The notes below the pieces were generated by a model that was given only the letters and a program-made list of their open reading frames with translations, was not told the origin of the DNA and made no database searches. A DNA stretch of 64,000 bases from an uncultured delta proteobacterium (GTDB taxonomy: Bacteria; Desulfobacterota; Binatia; Binatales; Binataceae). Below are positions 1 to 9,356 of this stretch, piece after piece. The DNA lies in NCBI GenBank assembly GCA_963794325.1, contig CAWCDG010000009.1:32001-96000 (forward strand). The letters run 5' to 3'. The translations under genes were made by a program, and so were the position numbers. Positions within the stretch are counted from its first letter, which is position 1. Every line of letters begins with the position of its first letter.

Positions 1-202
1 CGCGCGGCTGCTGGACGATCTTCGCCGTCACCGACGCGCCCGCAACGACCGGAGTGCCGATCTTCGGCGCTTCACCGCCAACCGCCAGCACTTGGTCAAG
101 TGAGATAGCCGCGCCAACCTCGCCGACGAGCCGCTCGACCGTAATCTGGTCGCCGACGCCGACGCGGTACTGTTTTCCGCCTGTCTTTACTATTGCAAAC
201 AT
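1..202 (-). CDS. rplU: 50S ribosomal protein L21 (runs off window edge)
   Basis: Manual translation [25 protein letters not shown]...[22 protein letters not shown] matches the L21 signature; absent from the ORF track. Confidence 0.96.
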   Translation of the reverse strand, partial: MFAIVKTGGKQYRVGVGDQITVERLVGEVGAAISLDQVLAVGGEAPKIGTPVVAGASVTAKIVQQPR

Positions 203-262
203 CGGTATGCCGAACGAACACAATTATCGGACGCAGTGGGGCAAGTCAACGCATCGCCCGTA

Positions 263-478
263 TCAAGGAAGGCAATCGGCAGATGGATGGGGATCGCAAT
301 CGCAATTTACGCCCGCCTTGTTTACCAGAGAAAGGTGATTTAGGAATCTTGCGGCTCCGCATGAGTCCGTAAAGTGGTAGGCGGCGTACATTGAAGCCAG
401 CGCGACGAGGATCGCGACCGTTGAGCCGATCATTATCTGTGCCAGCGAGCCTATTGCGGTTCTCATGCCAGCCATCAA
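263..478 (-). CDS. small hypothetical membrane protein
   Basis: 71-aa ORF with one hydrophobic helix and Cys-rich tail, co-oriented between sufT and rplU. Confidence 0.45.
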   Translation of the reverse strand: MMAGMRTAIGSLAQIMIGSTVAILVALASMYAAYHFTDSCGAARFLNHLSLVNKAGVNCDCDPHPSADCLP

Positions 479-500
479 CGGAGCTGGTACGCGAGGTTAG

Positions 501-1043
501 TCAGTCGATGCCGAGGCGCTCGCGGCCCTCAGGCGAAATCATCTGCGGGGTCCATGGCGGATCCCAGACCAGGTCGACGTCCGCTTCCGACACGCCCGGC
601 AGCGTCATGATCTTGTAGCGCGCGTCGGTCGCGATCGAGGCGCCCATGCCGCAGCCCTGCGCCGTCAGCGTCATCTTGACTTCGACTTTCTTGGTGCCGT
701 CGTCGGCGTCCTTCACTTCCATTCCATAGACGAGGCCGAGGTCCACGATGTTGACGGGAATCTCGGGATCGAAGCAGGTCTTGAGCTGCTCCCACACCAT
801 CGCTTCGAGGTCGCCGCCGCCCGATGCGGACACGACGCCCGCGTCTTCAGGAGTCTTGCCGAGCGCATCGGCGTCCTTGCCCGCGACGCGGAACAGCCCA
901 CCGTATGCGGGAACTTGCAGGGTGAAGGTTCCGCCGAGCGATTGCGTGATAAAGGCTTCGAGGCCCTTTTCGAGCATCATCTTGTTTCCGGCCGGGACCT
1001 GGACGCCCTCGATTTCGCGGGCCAATTCAACGCGTTCCATCAT
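501..1043 (-). CDS. sufT: Fe-S cluster assembly protein SufT (DUF59/MIP18)
   Basis: DPEIPVNIVDLGLVY, MTLTAQGCGMG, VWDPPW motifs. Confidence 0.9.
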   Translation of the reverse strand: MMERVELAREIEGVQVPAGNKMMLEKGLEAFITQSLGGTFTLQVPAYGGLFRVAGKDADALGKTPEDAGVVSASGGGDLEAMVWEQLKTCFDPEIPVNIVDLGLVYGMEVKDADDGTKKVEVKMTLTAQGCGMGASIATDARYKIMTLPGVSEADVDLVWDPPWTPQMISPEGRERLGID

Positions 1044-1170
1044 TGGACGAATACCTTCCTTGTCAGACCCACTATTGTAACCACTGAACGGAGGGCTGTC
1101 ATCCAGCCGGATTGGCCGTCAACCTTACGATGTGCGATATTCCGATCAAATTCCCGGAGGTAATATTGCG

Positions 1171-1464
1171 ATGCCCCATTACGTGGTTTTTTTCCATCTG
1201 ACTCATCAGGGACTCGACCATCTTCGAGGTTCGCCCGACCGTGTCGATGCGGCCAAGAAGACCTTCAGCCAGCACGGCGCCAAGGTGACGGCCTTCTACT
1301 CGATGATGGGGCAGTACGATTCGATGTTCATCGTCGAGGCGCCGAACGACGACGTGATGGCGCAGTTGTCGCTGACAGTAGGGGCGCAGGGCAACGTGCG
1401 CACCGAGACGCATCGCGCATTCAACGAAGAGGAGTATCGGAAGATCGTCAAGAGCATTCCGTGA
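1171..1464 (+). CDS. GYD domain protein
   Basis: MGQYD motif, GNVRTETHRAF; GGAGG upstream of ATG 1171. Confidence 0.85.
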   Translation: MPHYVVFFHLTHQGLDHLRGSPDRVDAAKKTFSQHGAKVTAFYSMMGQYDSMFIVEAPNDDVMAQLSLTVGAQGNVRTETHRAFNEEEYRKIVKSIP

Positions 1465-1483
1465 TTGAAGAGGTCTGGAGAAG

Positions 1484-1522
1484 AACCTAACCCCTAACCC
1501 CTTCCCGCGCGGGAAGGGGAAC
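1484..1522 (+). repeat. REP-like palindromic element family A, copy 1
   Basis: AACCTAACCCCTAACCCCTTCCC-GCGC-GGGAAGGGGAAC; related copies at 3640, 11897 and 23282. Confidence 0.85.
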
Positions 1523-1601
1523 GGTCGCAGAGAGCCACCCCCGCTCGAGTCCTTCCTTACCAGAGAGTTCTAACAGGGACGAAGCCCCGCATCTTTTCTT
1601 A

Positions 1602-1659
1602 ACACTGGGTGCAGGGGTCACCCCTGCCGAAGGAAGTGTGAAACCCATCGCGGGTTTCA
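1602..1659 (+). repeat. double-hairpin repeat family B, copy 1
   Basis: ACACTGGGTGCAGGGGTCACCCCTGC..GGAAGTGTGAAACCC..GGGTTTCA; copies at 10245, 13438 and 23433. Confidence 0.85.
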
Positions 1660-1753
1660 AATTTAATTAGTGAATTGTTTTCCGCCGCGATGCAGAGCGT
1701 TGCCGTTGCTAAGCGGCCCTGATAAAGCGAAGAGGGGGCGAAGGGGCAGGCGG

Positions 1754-3646
1754 ATGGAAGCAGCGAGCATACCGGGCGGGAATCAGAGTCAATTCGGCGT
1801 TTCGGCCAAGCAGAAGCTTTATCACTTTCTCTGTTCGCGGCCGGCTGGCGCCGACGCGGGCGAGCTGATCGGTCTGCTGCTCAGCGGAGTCGGCTCTGAT
1901 CCTGAACTTGGCGCGCGCTTGGTCCGCCAGCTCCTCGACTGCGATCCGAATTTCATCTTCGACGCGGACACGGCGCAGTGGCGGCTGGCGCAGAGCGATC
2001 GGCTGCGCGTCGGGCTCGACGATGCCGAGTTCACCGTGGTTGATCTCGAAACCACCGGCGGACGAATTGCGCCCGGCAATATCATCGAGATCGGCGCCTA
2101 CCGAATGGTCGGTAAGCGGCTTACCGATACGTTCTCGCAACTGGTGCGCCCGCAAGGCGGGATCGTCCCGCGCTTCATCACGGGGCTTACGTCGATAACG
2201 ACCGAGATGATTCGCGAGGCGCCGCCGATCGAGCAGGTGCTGCCGATGTTTCGCGAGTTCATGGGCGATCGCGTGATGGTCGCGCACAACGCCGCCTTCG
2301 ATTTCGGATTTCTCGATTTTGAATTTCGCCGCATCTTTGGAATCGGGCTCAGCAATCCGGTCCTGTGCACGTTTCGGATGGCGCGGCGGTTCATGCCGTC
2401 GCTTAAGCGCCGCCGGCTCGATTTGCTCGCGGATCATTTCGGACTCTCGCAAGCGGGACGGCATCGCGGCCTCGGCGACGCGCGGATGGCGGCGGAGATT
2501 CTCTCGATTTTTCTCGAAATGGCGCAGAAGATGGGAATTACGCGCCTCGACCGCCTGCTCGACGACCATCATCGCGGAATTGCGGGTCGGAGGATCGAGC
2601 GGCACGTGGCGCCCGAAGAAATCACAGCGCTTCCGCATGCGCCCGGCGTTTACCTGATGCGCAACGAGCGCGGCGACCTGCTGTACATCGGCAAGGCGCG
2701 GCGGCTCCGGGAGCGGGTGAGCTCGTATTTCTCGGCGTCGGTGAGGGCGAAGACGGCGGAGCTAATCTCGCACGTTTACAAAATCGAGACGCGGGTGACG
2801 CGTTCGGCGCTCGAGGCGGCACTCGACGAAGCGCGGCTCATCCGCGAGCTGAAACCTCCGTACAATCGGATGCTGAAATCGGCGGCGCCCGCGTTTTTCA
2901 TCAAGGTCGATCTGATGGACGAGTTTCCGCGGGTGACGCTCTCGACCAGGATGACGGCGCGACGCGGCGTGATGCATCTTGGTCCGTTCATCGGCCGCCG
3001 CGGTATCGAGCATTCGGTTCGCGCGCTGTCGCGAATCCTCGGGCTGCGCACCTGCGGCGGCAAGCTGCGGCCGAGCGAGGAAATTTCGCCGTGCATTTAT
3101 GGGCAGATGGGCCACTGCACCGCGCCCTGCAACATGAGTATCGACGCTGACGGTTACGCGGAGCGGGTCCGGCGCGCGGTGAGTTTTTTGCGCGGACGCA
3201 GCGGTCCGATCCTCGGTGAACTCGCAAGGGCGCGCGATCAGGCCGCGGCCGCGATGCACTTTGAAGAGAGTGCGCGCTTTCAGCATCATCTCGAGGCGCT
3301 GACCACCCTGGCGCATCGCGCGACACGCCTAAGCGAAGTTGTGACCGAAAATAATCTCGTGATCGTGACCGGCGAGGATGGCGATCGCGCAGCGCACATC
3401 GTGCTGTCAGGACGTCTCGCGATGACGCGCGGCCTGGACCGCGAAGACGCCGCAACTGAGGTACAGGAATTCGTCGCCGCGAATTACGAGCGATACAAGC
3501 TGAAAGCGATCGAACGCAGCGAACTAGAACCGATGTCGATCGTCGCGCGATGGCTCCGGGAGCGCACCCCCGACGAAGGCCGGCTCATTCATTTGAGCGG
3601 CCCACACCTGGATCTGCTCGCGTTGGCGAATGAGAGGGGAACCTAA
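1754..3646 (+). CDS. DEDDh (DNA Pol III epsilon-like) exonuclease fused to GIY-YIG UvrC/Cho-like endonuclease
   Basis: VVDLETTG, AHNAAFD, HRGLGDA exonuclease motifs; PGVYLM...LLYIGKA GIY-YIG motif; Cys cluster and UVR-like helix. Confidence 0.88.
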   Translation: MEAASIPGGNQSQFGVSAKQKLYHFLCSRPAGADAGELIGLLLSGVGSDPELGARLVRQLLDCDPNFIFDADTAQWRLAQSDRLRVGLDDAEFTVVDLETTGGRIAPGNIIEIGAYRMVGKRLTDTFSQLVRPQGGIVPRFITGLTSITTEMIREAPPIEQVLPMFREFMGDRVMVAHNAAFDFGFLDFEFRRIFGIGLSNPVLCTFRMARRFMPSLKRRRLDLLADHFGLSQAGRHRGLGDARMAAEILSIFLEMAQKMGITRLDRLLDDHHRGIAGRRIERHVAPEEITALPHAPGVYLMRNERGDLLYIGKARRLRERVSSYFSASVRAKTAELISHVYKIETRVTRSALEAALDEARLIRELKPPYNRMLKSAAPAFFIKVDLMDEFPRVTLSTRMTARRGVMHLGPFIGRRGIEHSVRALSRILGLRTCGGKLRPSEEISPCIYGQMGHCTAPCNMSIDADGYAERVRRAVSFLRGRSGPILGELARARDQAAAAMHFEESARFQHHLEALTTLAHRATRLSEVVTENNLVIVTGEDGDRAAHIVLSGRLAMTRGLDREDAATEVQEFVAANYERYKLKAIERSELEPMSIVARWLRERTPDEGRLIHLSGPHLDLLALANERGT

Positions 3647-3678
3647 CCCCTAACCCCTTCCCTCGAGGGAAGGGGAAC
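3640..3678 (+). repeat. REP-like family A, copy 2 (supplies the TAA stop of the upstream gene)
   Basis: AACCTAACCCCTAACCCCTTCCC-TCGA-GGGAAGGGGAAC. Confidence 0.85.
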
Positions 3679-3711
3679 AATCGCGCGGAGTGTCTGATCG
3701 CGCGCTCGCGC

Positions 3712-4410
3712 TCACCCTTTCAAATTTGCGGCGAATAGCTTCAGTGTTCGCTCCCATGCGTCTTTTGCTTCTTCAGGACGATAGACGTCGGGGCGGGTGT
3801 CGTTGAAGAATCCGTGCGAGCATCCCTTGTAAATCTTGACCTCGCCCTTCTTGTCGAACTTTTTCAGCGCCGCCGCCAGCCGATCCACGTCGGCCCGCTG
3901 GATCCATCCGTCGTTTTCGCCGTAAGCATAAAAGATCGGACAGTTGAGATGCTGGAGTTTTTCGTCCGGCGGGATCTCGCCATAGAACGGCGCCGCGGCT
4001 GCAATCTCTTTGCTCTCGCATGGCAACAGCAGCGCGTAGCTGCCGCCCATGCAGAATCCCGTGATGCCGATGCGGGTCGATCGCGTCTCCTCCTGTGCGC
4101 GCAGCCATTCTACCGTGGTCTGAAGATCCGCGATGCCGTCCTCTTTCTTCAATCCACCCATCAGTTGCGCCGCCGTATTGGGATCGGTCGCGACCTTGTG
4201 GCCCTGGCGCGAGTACAAGTCCGGAGCGATCGCGAAATAGCCTTCGCGCGCCAGACGACGGGCGATGTCACGGATGTGGTCGTTCAGCCCCCACCATTCC
4301 TGGACGACGATCGCCGCCGGTGACGTCGCAGCGCTCGCCGGTTCGGCCACAAACGCCTTGATTTTGCACGCGCTGCCCACATAACTCACTTCACGAGTAA
4401 CCATTGTCAT
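3712..4410 (-). CDS. dienelactone hydrolase family protein
   Basis: QEWWGLN, GFCMGG nucleophile motif, HGFFND. Confidence 0.92.
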   Translation of the reverse strand: MTMVTREVSYVGSACKIKAFVAEPASAATSPAAIVVQEWWGLNDHIRDIARRLAREGYFAIAPDLYSRQGHKVATDPNTAAQLMGGLKKEDGIADLQTTVEWLRAQEETRSTRIGITGFCMGGSYALLLPCESKEIAAAAPFYGEIPPDEKLQHLNCPIFYAYGENDGWIQRADVDRLAAALKKFDKKGEVKIYKGCSHGFFNDTRPDVYRPEEAKDAWERTLKLFAANLKG

Positions 4411-4653
4411 TCACCTCGAAAAAAACAGCTATATTCGACGAATGCTCGCGCTTGGCGCCTTTTCAATTGCAGTCGCCTCACGAAGAGCGGCGCGAGCGAG
4501 AATGCGTGTCGAGTCCAGAATCGGTAGCGCCGAGTCGGCTGCGCTGATGAGCAATGCGATGTGCTTCACGAGTACATTCATTCCAACGCAAACAACTAAA
4601 TTAAGCTGTCACCCCCGCCCTATCGTGTTCCCCAACTACTCAGCCGCTCCCCT

Positions 4654-5550
4654 CTACTCGGCGGCGGCTACTGGGATGAAGCCGGTCGTGCCGTTCTTGA
4701 GCCGGATTTGCAGGTAGTCGCCGGTGATGCCGGTGACGTGGACGTACTTCCTTCGGCGCACCTCGCCGATGGTCATGCTGGCCGCATCTGGATTTTGATA
4801 GACCGGCGAATTTTTGGTCAACAGGAAAAGCTTATTGAGCGGCTTGATCTGCGGACCTGCCGCTCCCGGTGCCGACGCGGTCGTCGTGGCAGGCGCCCCC
4901 TCCGGCGGCGGCGCTGCGGCAGCGGCCGTCGCGGCGGCAGCGGGCATCAGCTTGGGGTCGAGTGCGCGCACTTCGTCGAACTCCGCGTTGGCTTCGGTCT
5001 GGCGACCGGGCTCGAGCGCCAGCAGATTCGCCAGCGCCAGGTGAGCCTTCGCGTCTTTGGGACTGAGTCCGATCGCGGTGCGAATCTGATCCTCCGCCGC
5101 GCCCATCTTGCCTTCCTGCTTGAGCACCTCGCCCAAATCGAGATGGTAGTTGTCGCGGTCCGGCTCGAGCGCTACCGCGGCGCGGTACTGATTCTCCGCG
5201 AGGCCGTGCTGATTCTGATCGTTATAAAGATTGCCGAGCGCGACGTGGGTCGCCGCATTTTTCGGATCGATCACGAGGACCTTCATGAACTCGATCTGTG
5301 CGTCACCCGGCTTGTGCTCGAACACATAAAGATTCCCGAGCGCGATATGAACGCGCGGGTCGTTCGGCGCTATCTTCTCCGCTCCCAGATACGCGACCTC
5401 CGCCTGCGGCAGTTGGGTTGCCTGCAGGTCGGCATCGCCCTCGGCGAGATAGTCATCGACAGTCTTATGATGGCATCCGACCCCAATCAGGATCATCGCG
5501 CCAGCCACGATCATTGCCCCGAATCGGGCCGGTACGCTGCGTTTCATCAT
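4654..5550 (-). CDS. TPR lipoprotein with Ala/Pro linker and C-terminal SH3-like domain
   Basis: Lipobox-like IGVGC, repeated TPR helices (HIALGNLY, HVALGNLY), C-terminal YLQIRLKNGTTGFIP. Confidence 0.8.
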   Translation of the reverse strand: MMKRSVPARFGAMIVAGAMILIGVGCHHKTVDDYLAEGDADLQATQLPQAEVAYLGAEKIAPNDPRVHIALGNLYVFEHKPGDAQIEFMKVLVIDPKNAATHVALGNLYNDQNQHGLAENQYRAAVALEPDRDNYHLDLGEVLKQEGKMGAAEDQIRTAIGLSPKDAKAHLALANLLALEPGRQTEANAEFDEVRALDPKLMPAAAATAAAAAPPPEGAPATTTASAPGAAGPQIKPLNKLFLLTKNSPVYQNPDAASMTIGEVRRRKYVHVTGITGDYLQIRLKNGTTGFIPVAAAE

Positions 5551-5783
5551 CGGACAAGAACCTCCAGGACCCTTTTGCGCCCCCGATTTGAGCAATGATC
5601 GGACCAGCGATGGAAAAATCTACAATTTATGTTGAATTGCGGAGGGAAACCGTGTCAAGTATGCCACGCCGGTCACGTTACAGCGCGCGAAATCGGTAAT
5701 TTTTACGTCGGCGACGCACGACTCTTTACCGCTGAGCAGTTTCCCGTTGGATGCCTGTGTTTGTTAGGTTATAAAGAAACGCC

Positions 5784-6428
5784 GTGCGCTTCATCCTGAT
5801 TGCCGCCAAGCAGCTCGAATTCGCCAAGACCCGGCTCGCGCCGGTGTTGCCCGCGGCCGAACGTCGCGAGTTGGCCGAACAGATGTTTCGCGACGTACTG
5901 GCCGCTTCGCTCGGCGCCAATTCGACCGACCACGTCGCGGTCATAACCTCCGACGCAGGCCTGCTCGCGATAGCTCGCGCGGCCGGTGCGTTGGTTATCG
6001 ATGAGGAATTTCCGCGCGGCCTGAACGTCGCGGTCGCACTTGGCACCTCCGCGCTCATCGCTCAAGGCGCCAGGATCGTCTGCACTGTGCTGTCCGACAT
6101 CCCGCTGGTCGCCGCCGAAGACCTCGATGAAGTATTTGCGGCGATGCCCGACGGACGCGGCGTCGTGCTGGTTCCCTCGCGCGACTTTTCCGGCACCAAC
6201 ATCATATGCCGCTCGCCGGCCGACGCGGTGCCCACTCGATTCGGCCGGATGAGCCTGGTGCGGCATCTGGACGATTGCCGCAATGCCGGCGTTCCAGCTA
6301 GAGTGCTGCGACTTGCCCGACCGGCGCTGGACCTTGACGTGATCGCGGATCTCGCCGAGTTCGAGCGCGCCGGGTCAAGCACGCATACACAAAACCAGTT
6401 ATCCCGGCTCGGAATTGCTCACCATTAA
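5784..6428 (+). CDS. cofC: 2-phospho-L-lactate/PEP guanylyltransferase (F420 biosynthesis)
   Basis: AKTRLAPVL, GLNVA, SDIPLV, GTN, LDLD motifs. Confidence 0.88.
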   Translation: MRFILIAAKQLEFAKTRLAPVLPAAERRELAEQMFRDVLAASLGANSTDHVAVITSDAGLLAIARAAGALVIDEEFPRGLNVAVALGTSALIAQGARIVCTVLSDIPLVAAEDLDEVFAAMPDGRGVVLVPSRDFSGTNIICRSPADAVPTRFGRMSLVRHLDDCRNAGVPARVLRLARPALDLDVIADLAEFERAGSSTHTQNQLSRLGIAHH

Positions 6429-6445
6429 AAATTGAAAAACGCCTG

Positions 6446-7222
6446 ATGTCGATCGTTGAAATGATTGAGCGGCTCGGCGCTTTTGTGCTCGACGGCATTG
6501 TCAGCCTGGGCGACTTCGTGCTGTTTTTGCTGAGCTCGGTCTTTTATGTTTTTCTTCCGCCGTACAAGCCGCGCCTGTGGATTCGGCAGACGCGAATCAT
6601 CGGCGCCGATTCGCTTTTTCTGATCATTCTGATCGGCGGCTTCACCGGCATGGTGCTTGGCCTGCAGGGTTACTCCACGTTGCGCCGCTTTGGTTCAGAG
6701 GGCGCGCTCGGCACCGTCGTCGCGCTGGTGCTGGTGCGCGAGCTTGGCCCCGTGCTCGCCGCAATCATGATCACGGCGCGCGCCGGTTCCGCGATGGCGG
6801 CCGAGATCGGCTCGATGCAATCCACCGAACAGATCGACGCGCTCACCGTGATGGCGATCAACCCGGTCCAATACCTGGTCTCGCCGCGGATGCTGGCCGG
6901 AGTGATCAGTTTCCCGCTGCTGACGTCGATTTTCGACGTGGTCGGAATCTACGGCGGCTACATGGTCGGGGTCGGCCTGATGGGCGCACCGTCGGGCGCC
7001 TACTTCAACGGCATCGCCGCCAACATGGTCGGCCACGACATCATGATCAGCCTCTACAAAGCGCTGGTCTTCGGCGTGATCGTGATGTGGGTCTGTTGCT
7101 ACAAGGGATACCACGCCGAACGGATGGCAACCGGAGTCAGCCGCGCCACTACCGAAGCGGTCGTGCTGTCCAGCGTGCTGATTCTTGCTTTCGACTATTT
7201 TCTTGGGTCAATACTTCTGTGA
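6446..7222 (+). CDS. mlaE: Mla ABC transporter permease
   Basis: RELGPVLAA..ARAGSAMAAEIGSM..EQIDAL. Confidence 0.93.
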   Translation: MSIVEMIERLGAFVLDGIVSLGDFVLFLLSSVFYVFLPPYKPRLWIRQTRIIGADSLFLIILIGGFTGMVLGLQGYSTLRRFGSEGALGTVVALVLVRELGPVLAAIMITARAGSAMAAEIGSMQSTEQIDALTVMAINPVQYLVSPRMLAGVISFPLLTSIFDVVGIYGGYMVGVGLMGAPSGAYFNGIAANMVGHDIMISLYKALVFGVIVMWVCCYKGYHAERMATGVSRATTEAVVLSSVLILAFDYFLGSILL

Positions 7223-7246
7223 TAACGCGGATCGATTCAACGAATC

Positions 7247-8071
7247 ATGAATCAAACTGAAACATCCCCTCACGGCAACCCGCAGCCAGCCGGCGCTGCT
7301 GCCGCGGGCAACGCGATCGAAGTGCGCGATCTCCGCAAGCGCTTCGGCCAGCAGCAAGTGCTCGACGGCGTCACACTCGACATTCCAGCCGGCAAGATTA
7401 CGACGATCGTCGGCCCCAGCGGCAGTGGCAAGACCGTGCTGCTCAAGCATCTTAACCTGCTGTATCGACCCGACTCAGGCACGATCATTTTCGACGGAAC
7501 CGATGTAACCAAACTAAACTGGAGAGGCCTGGACGCGGTCCGCGAAAAATTCGGGATGCTCTTTCAGGCCGGCGCGCTGTTCGATTCGATGCCGGTATTC
7601 GACAACGTCGCGTTCCCACTGGTCGAGAAGACCAACCTCTCGCGCGAGGAGATCGCAGAGCGCGTGCATGAAACATTGAAGGCAGTCGGCCTCGAAGGCA
7701 TGGAATCCAAGTTTCCCTCGCAGATAAGCGGTGGGATGCAGAAACGCGCCGCGCTGGCACGAGCATTGGTGCGACGCCCGAAAATTCTAATGCTCGACGA
7801 GCCGACCACCGGCCTCGATCCGACGCGGACCGGCGCGATTCACGAACTCATCCGGCGCACCCAGGAAAATTTTCATCTGACCGCGGTGATGGTCAGTCAC
7901 GACGTGCCCGCGGTGTTCCAGGTTTCCGACCGCGTCGCATTTCTGCATAACGGCCGAACTCGCCTCAACGGCACTGTCGATGAGGTGATGGCGGCGGACG
8001 ACGACGTCTTCAAGCGCTTTTTGGCTGGCAAAGCATCCGGCGAGGAGAATGAAACAGCCCTCGCGGGCTGA
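7247..8071 (+). CDS. mlaF: Mla ABC transporter ATPase
   Basis: GPSGSGKT, ISGGMQKR, LDEPTTGLDP; operon context. Confidence 0.92.
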   Translation: MNQTETSPHGNPQPAGAAAAGNAIEVRDLRKRFGQQQVLDGVTLDIPAGKITTIVGPSGSGKTVLLKHLNLLYRPDSGTIIFDGTDVTKLNWRGLDAVREKFGMLFQAGALFDSMPVFDNVAFPLVEKTNLSREEIAERVHETLKAVGLEGMESKFPSQISGGMQKRAALARALVRRPKILMLDEPTTGLDPTRTGAIHELIRRTQENFHLTAVMVSHDVPAVFQVSDRVAFLHNGRTRLNGTVDEVMAADDDVFKRFLAGKASGEENETALAG

Positions 8072-8082
8072 GACGAAATCCT

Positions 8083-8601
8083 ATGTACGCAAGTCGAACT
8101 ACCCAGTTTATCGTCGGGATTTTCGCCCTTCTAGGGATTGCCGCGCTGGCGATTCTGTCAATATCGCTCGGCAAGATTTCACTGTTTCCGCCGCCGGGGT
8201 ACACCCTCTATGCAAGTTTCGATAATATTTCAGGCCTGAAGACCGGCGACCAGGTTCAACTGGCGGGCGTGCAGGTCGGCAAGGTTGTGGATATCGGAAT
8301 CAAGGACTACCGCGCGAGAGTTGCAATGCGCATTTACAACGCAGTGCCGATCGATGAGGACGCGATTGCGGCGATCAAGACCAGCGGAATTATCGGCGAC
8401 AAGTATGTCTCCATCCAGCTCGGCCCGAGCGATCACTACCTCAAAGACGGCGACACGCTTCGGCAAACCCAGTCAGCATTCGTCCTCGAGGACGCCATCG
8501 GCCAACTGATCAACAATAGCGGCAGCAGTGGAGACAAAGACAAGGACAAGGATAAGTCCTCGAGTTCCGAAAACGAGAAGCCTGCAAAACCGGAGAAATA
8601 A
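8083..8601 (+). CDS. mlaD: MCE-domain protein MlaD
   Basis: FDNISGLK..VQLAGVQVGKV, SGIIGDKYV. Confidence 0.92.
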   Translation: MYASRTTQFIVGIFALLGIAALAILSISLGKISLFPPPGYTLYASFDNISGLKTGDQVQLAGVQVGKVVDIGIKDYRARVAMRIYNAVPIDEDAIAAIKTSGIIGDKYVSIQLGPSDHYLKDGDTLRQTQSAFVLEDAIGQLINNSGSSGDKDKDKDKSSSSENEKPAKPEK

Positions 8602-8607
8602 CCCCGA

Positions 8608-9276
8608 GTGAAATTTATGATTATGCCAAGTTCTTTCCGCCGATTCCTGCAGCGACGCGCGACCGTGACGCTGATGGTGGCCGTCGCGCTCGCCGTCAGC
8701 CTTGCGCCATCGCGCTTTGTCGCGCCGGCGTGGGCCGACGATCCAATGACTGTCGTTAAGACCACTGTCGACCAAGCCCTCGAAGTGCTGCGCGACAAGA
8801 GCACTCCGCTGGCCCAGCGCCAGGATAAGCTTCGTCAAATCGTCGCGCAGACTTTTGATTTCACCGAGATGGCCAAGTCGGCCCTCGGCTATCATTGGAA
8901 GGAGATCACGCCCGCTCAGCAGCAGGAGTTCACCAACGCCTTCATCGCCTTCATCGAGGATTCCTACCTGAGCAAGATCAACGACTACCGCGGCCAGCAG
9001 GTCAGTTTCCTCAGGGTCAGCAATGAGGGCGCTCAATACGCCCAGGTCGCCACCGACATCGTCCAGCCAAAGGGCGATGCGATCCACGTGAATTACCGCC
9101 TCGAGCAAGAGGGCAACACCTGGAAAATCTACGATGTTACGGTCGACGCAATCAGCATCATCGCGAACTACCGTAACCAGTTTAATCGCGTGATGAACAA
9201 TAAGGGTTATGAAACGCTGATTGCCGATTTGAAGGCTAAGCAGGCCGCCCTTGCCGCGAGTCTCGCCAATCACTAG
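8608..9276 (+). CDS. mlaC: periplasmic phospholipid shuttle MlaC/Ttg2D
   Basis: FDFTEMAKSALG, WKIYDVTVDAISIIANYRNQF. Confidence 0.9.
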   Translation: MKFMIMPSSFRRFLQRRATVTLMVAVALAVSLAPSRFVAPAWADDPMTVVKTTVDQALEVLRDKSTPLAQRQDKLRQIVAQTFDFTEMAKSALGYHWKEITPAQQQEFTNAFIAFIEDSYLSKINDYRGQQVSFLRVSNEGAQYAQVATDIVQPKGDAIHVNYRLEQEGNTWKIYDVTVDAISIIANYRNQFNRVMNNKGYETLIADLKAKQAALAASLANH

Positions 9277-9356
9277 CCGCGGGTATGGATTCGGCGAGGT
9301 TAGACAGGTACGCTTCTAGGGAAGATTCTGGGACGATGGCCCACATGGAGAGGCAA

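Noticed and set aside
1077-1105. GTAACC-N19-TCCA upstream of the GYD gene, and GTAACG..CATTG upstream of DUF1223 (~37680-37707)
   Set aside because: Spacing or -10 element deviates from the five-site consensus; not counted in the regulon
1484-1503. Telomere-like (CCCCTAA)n tract
   Set aside because: Only about two units, always attached to a hairpin; part of a REP-like repeat
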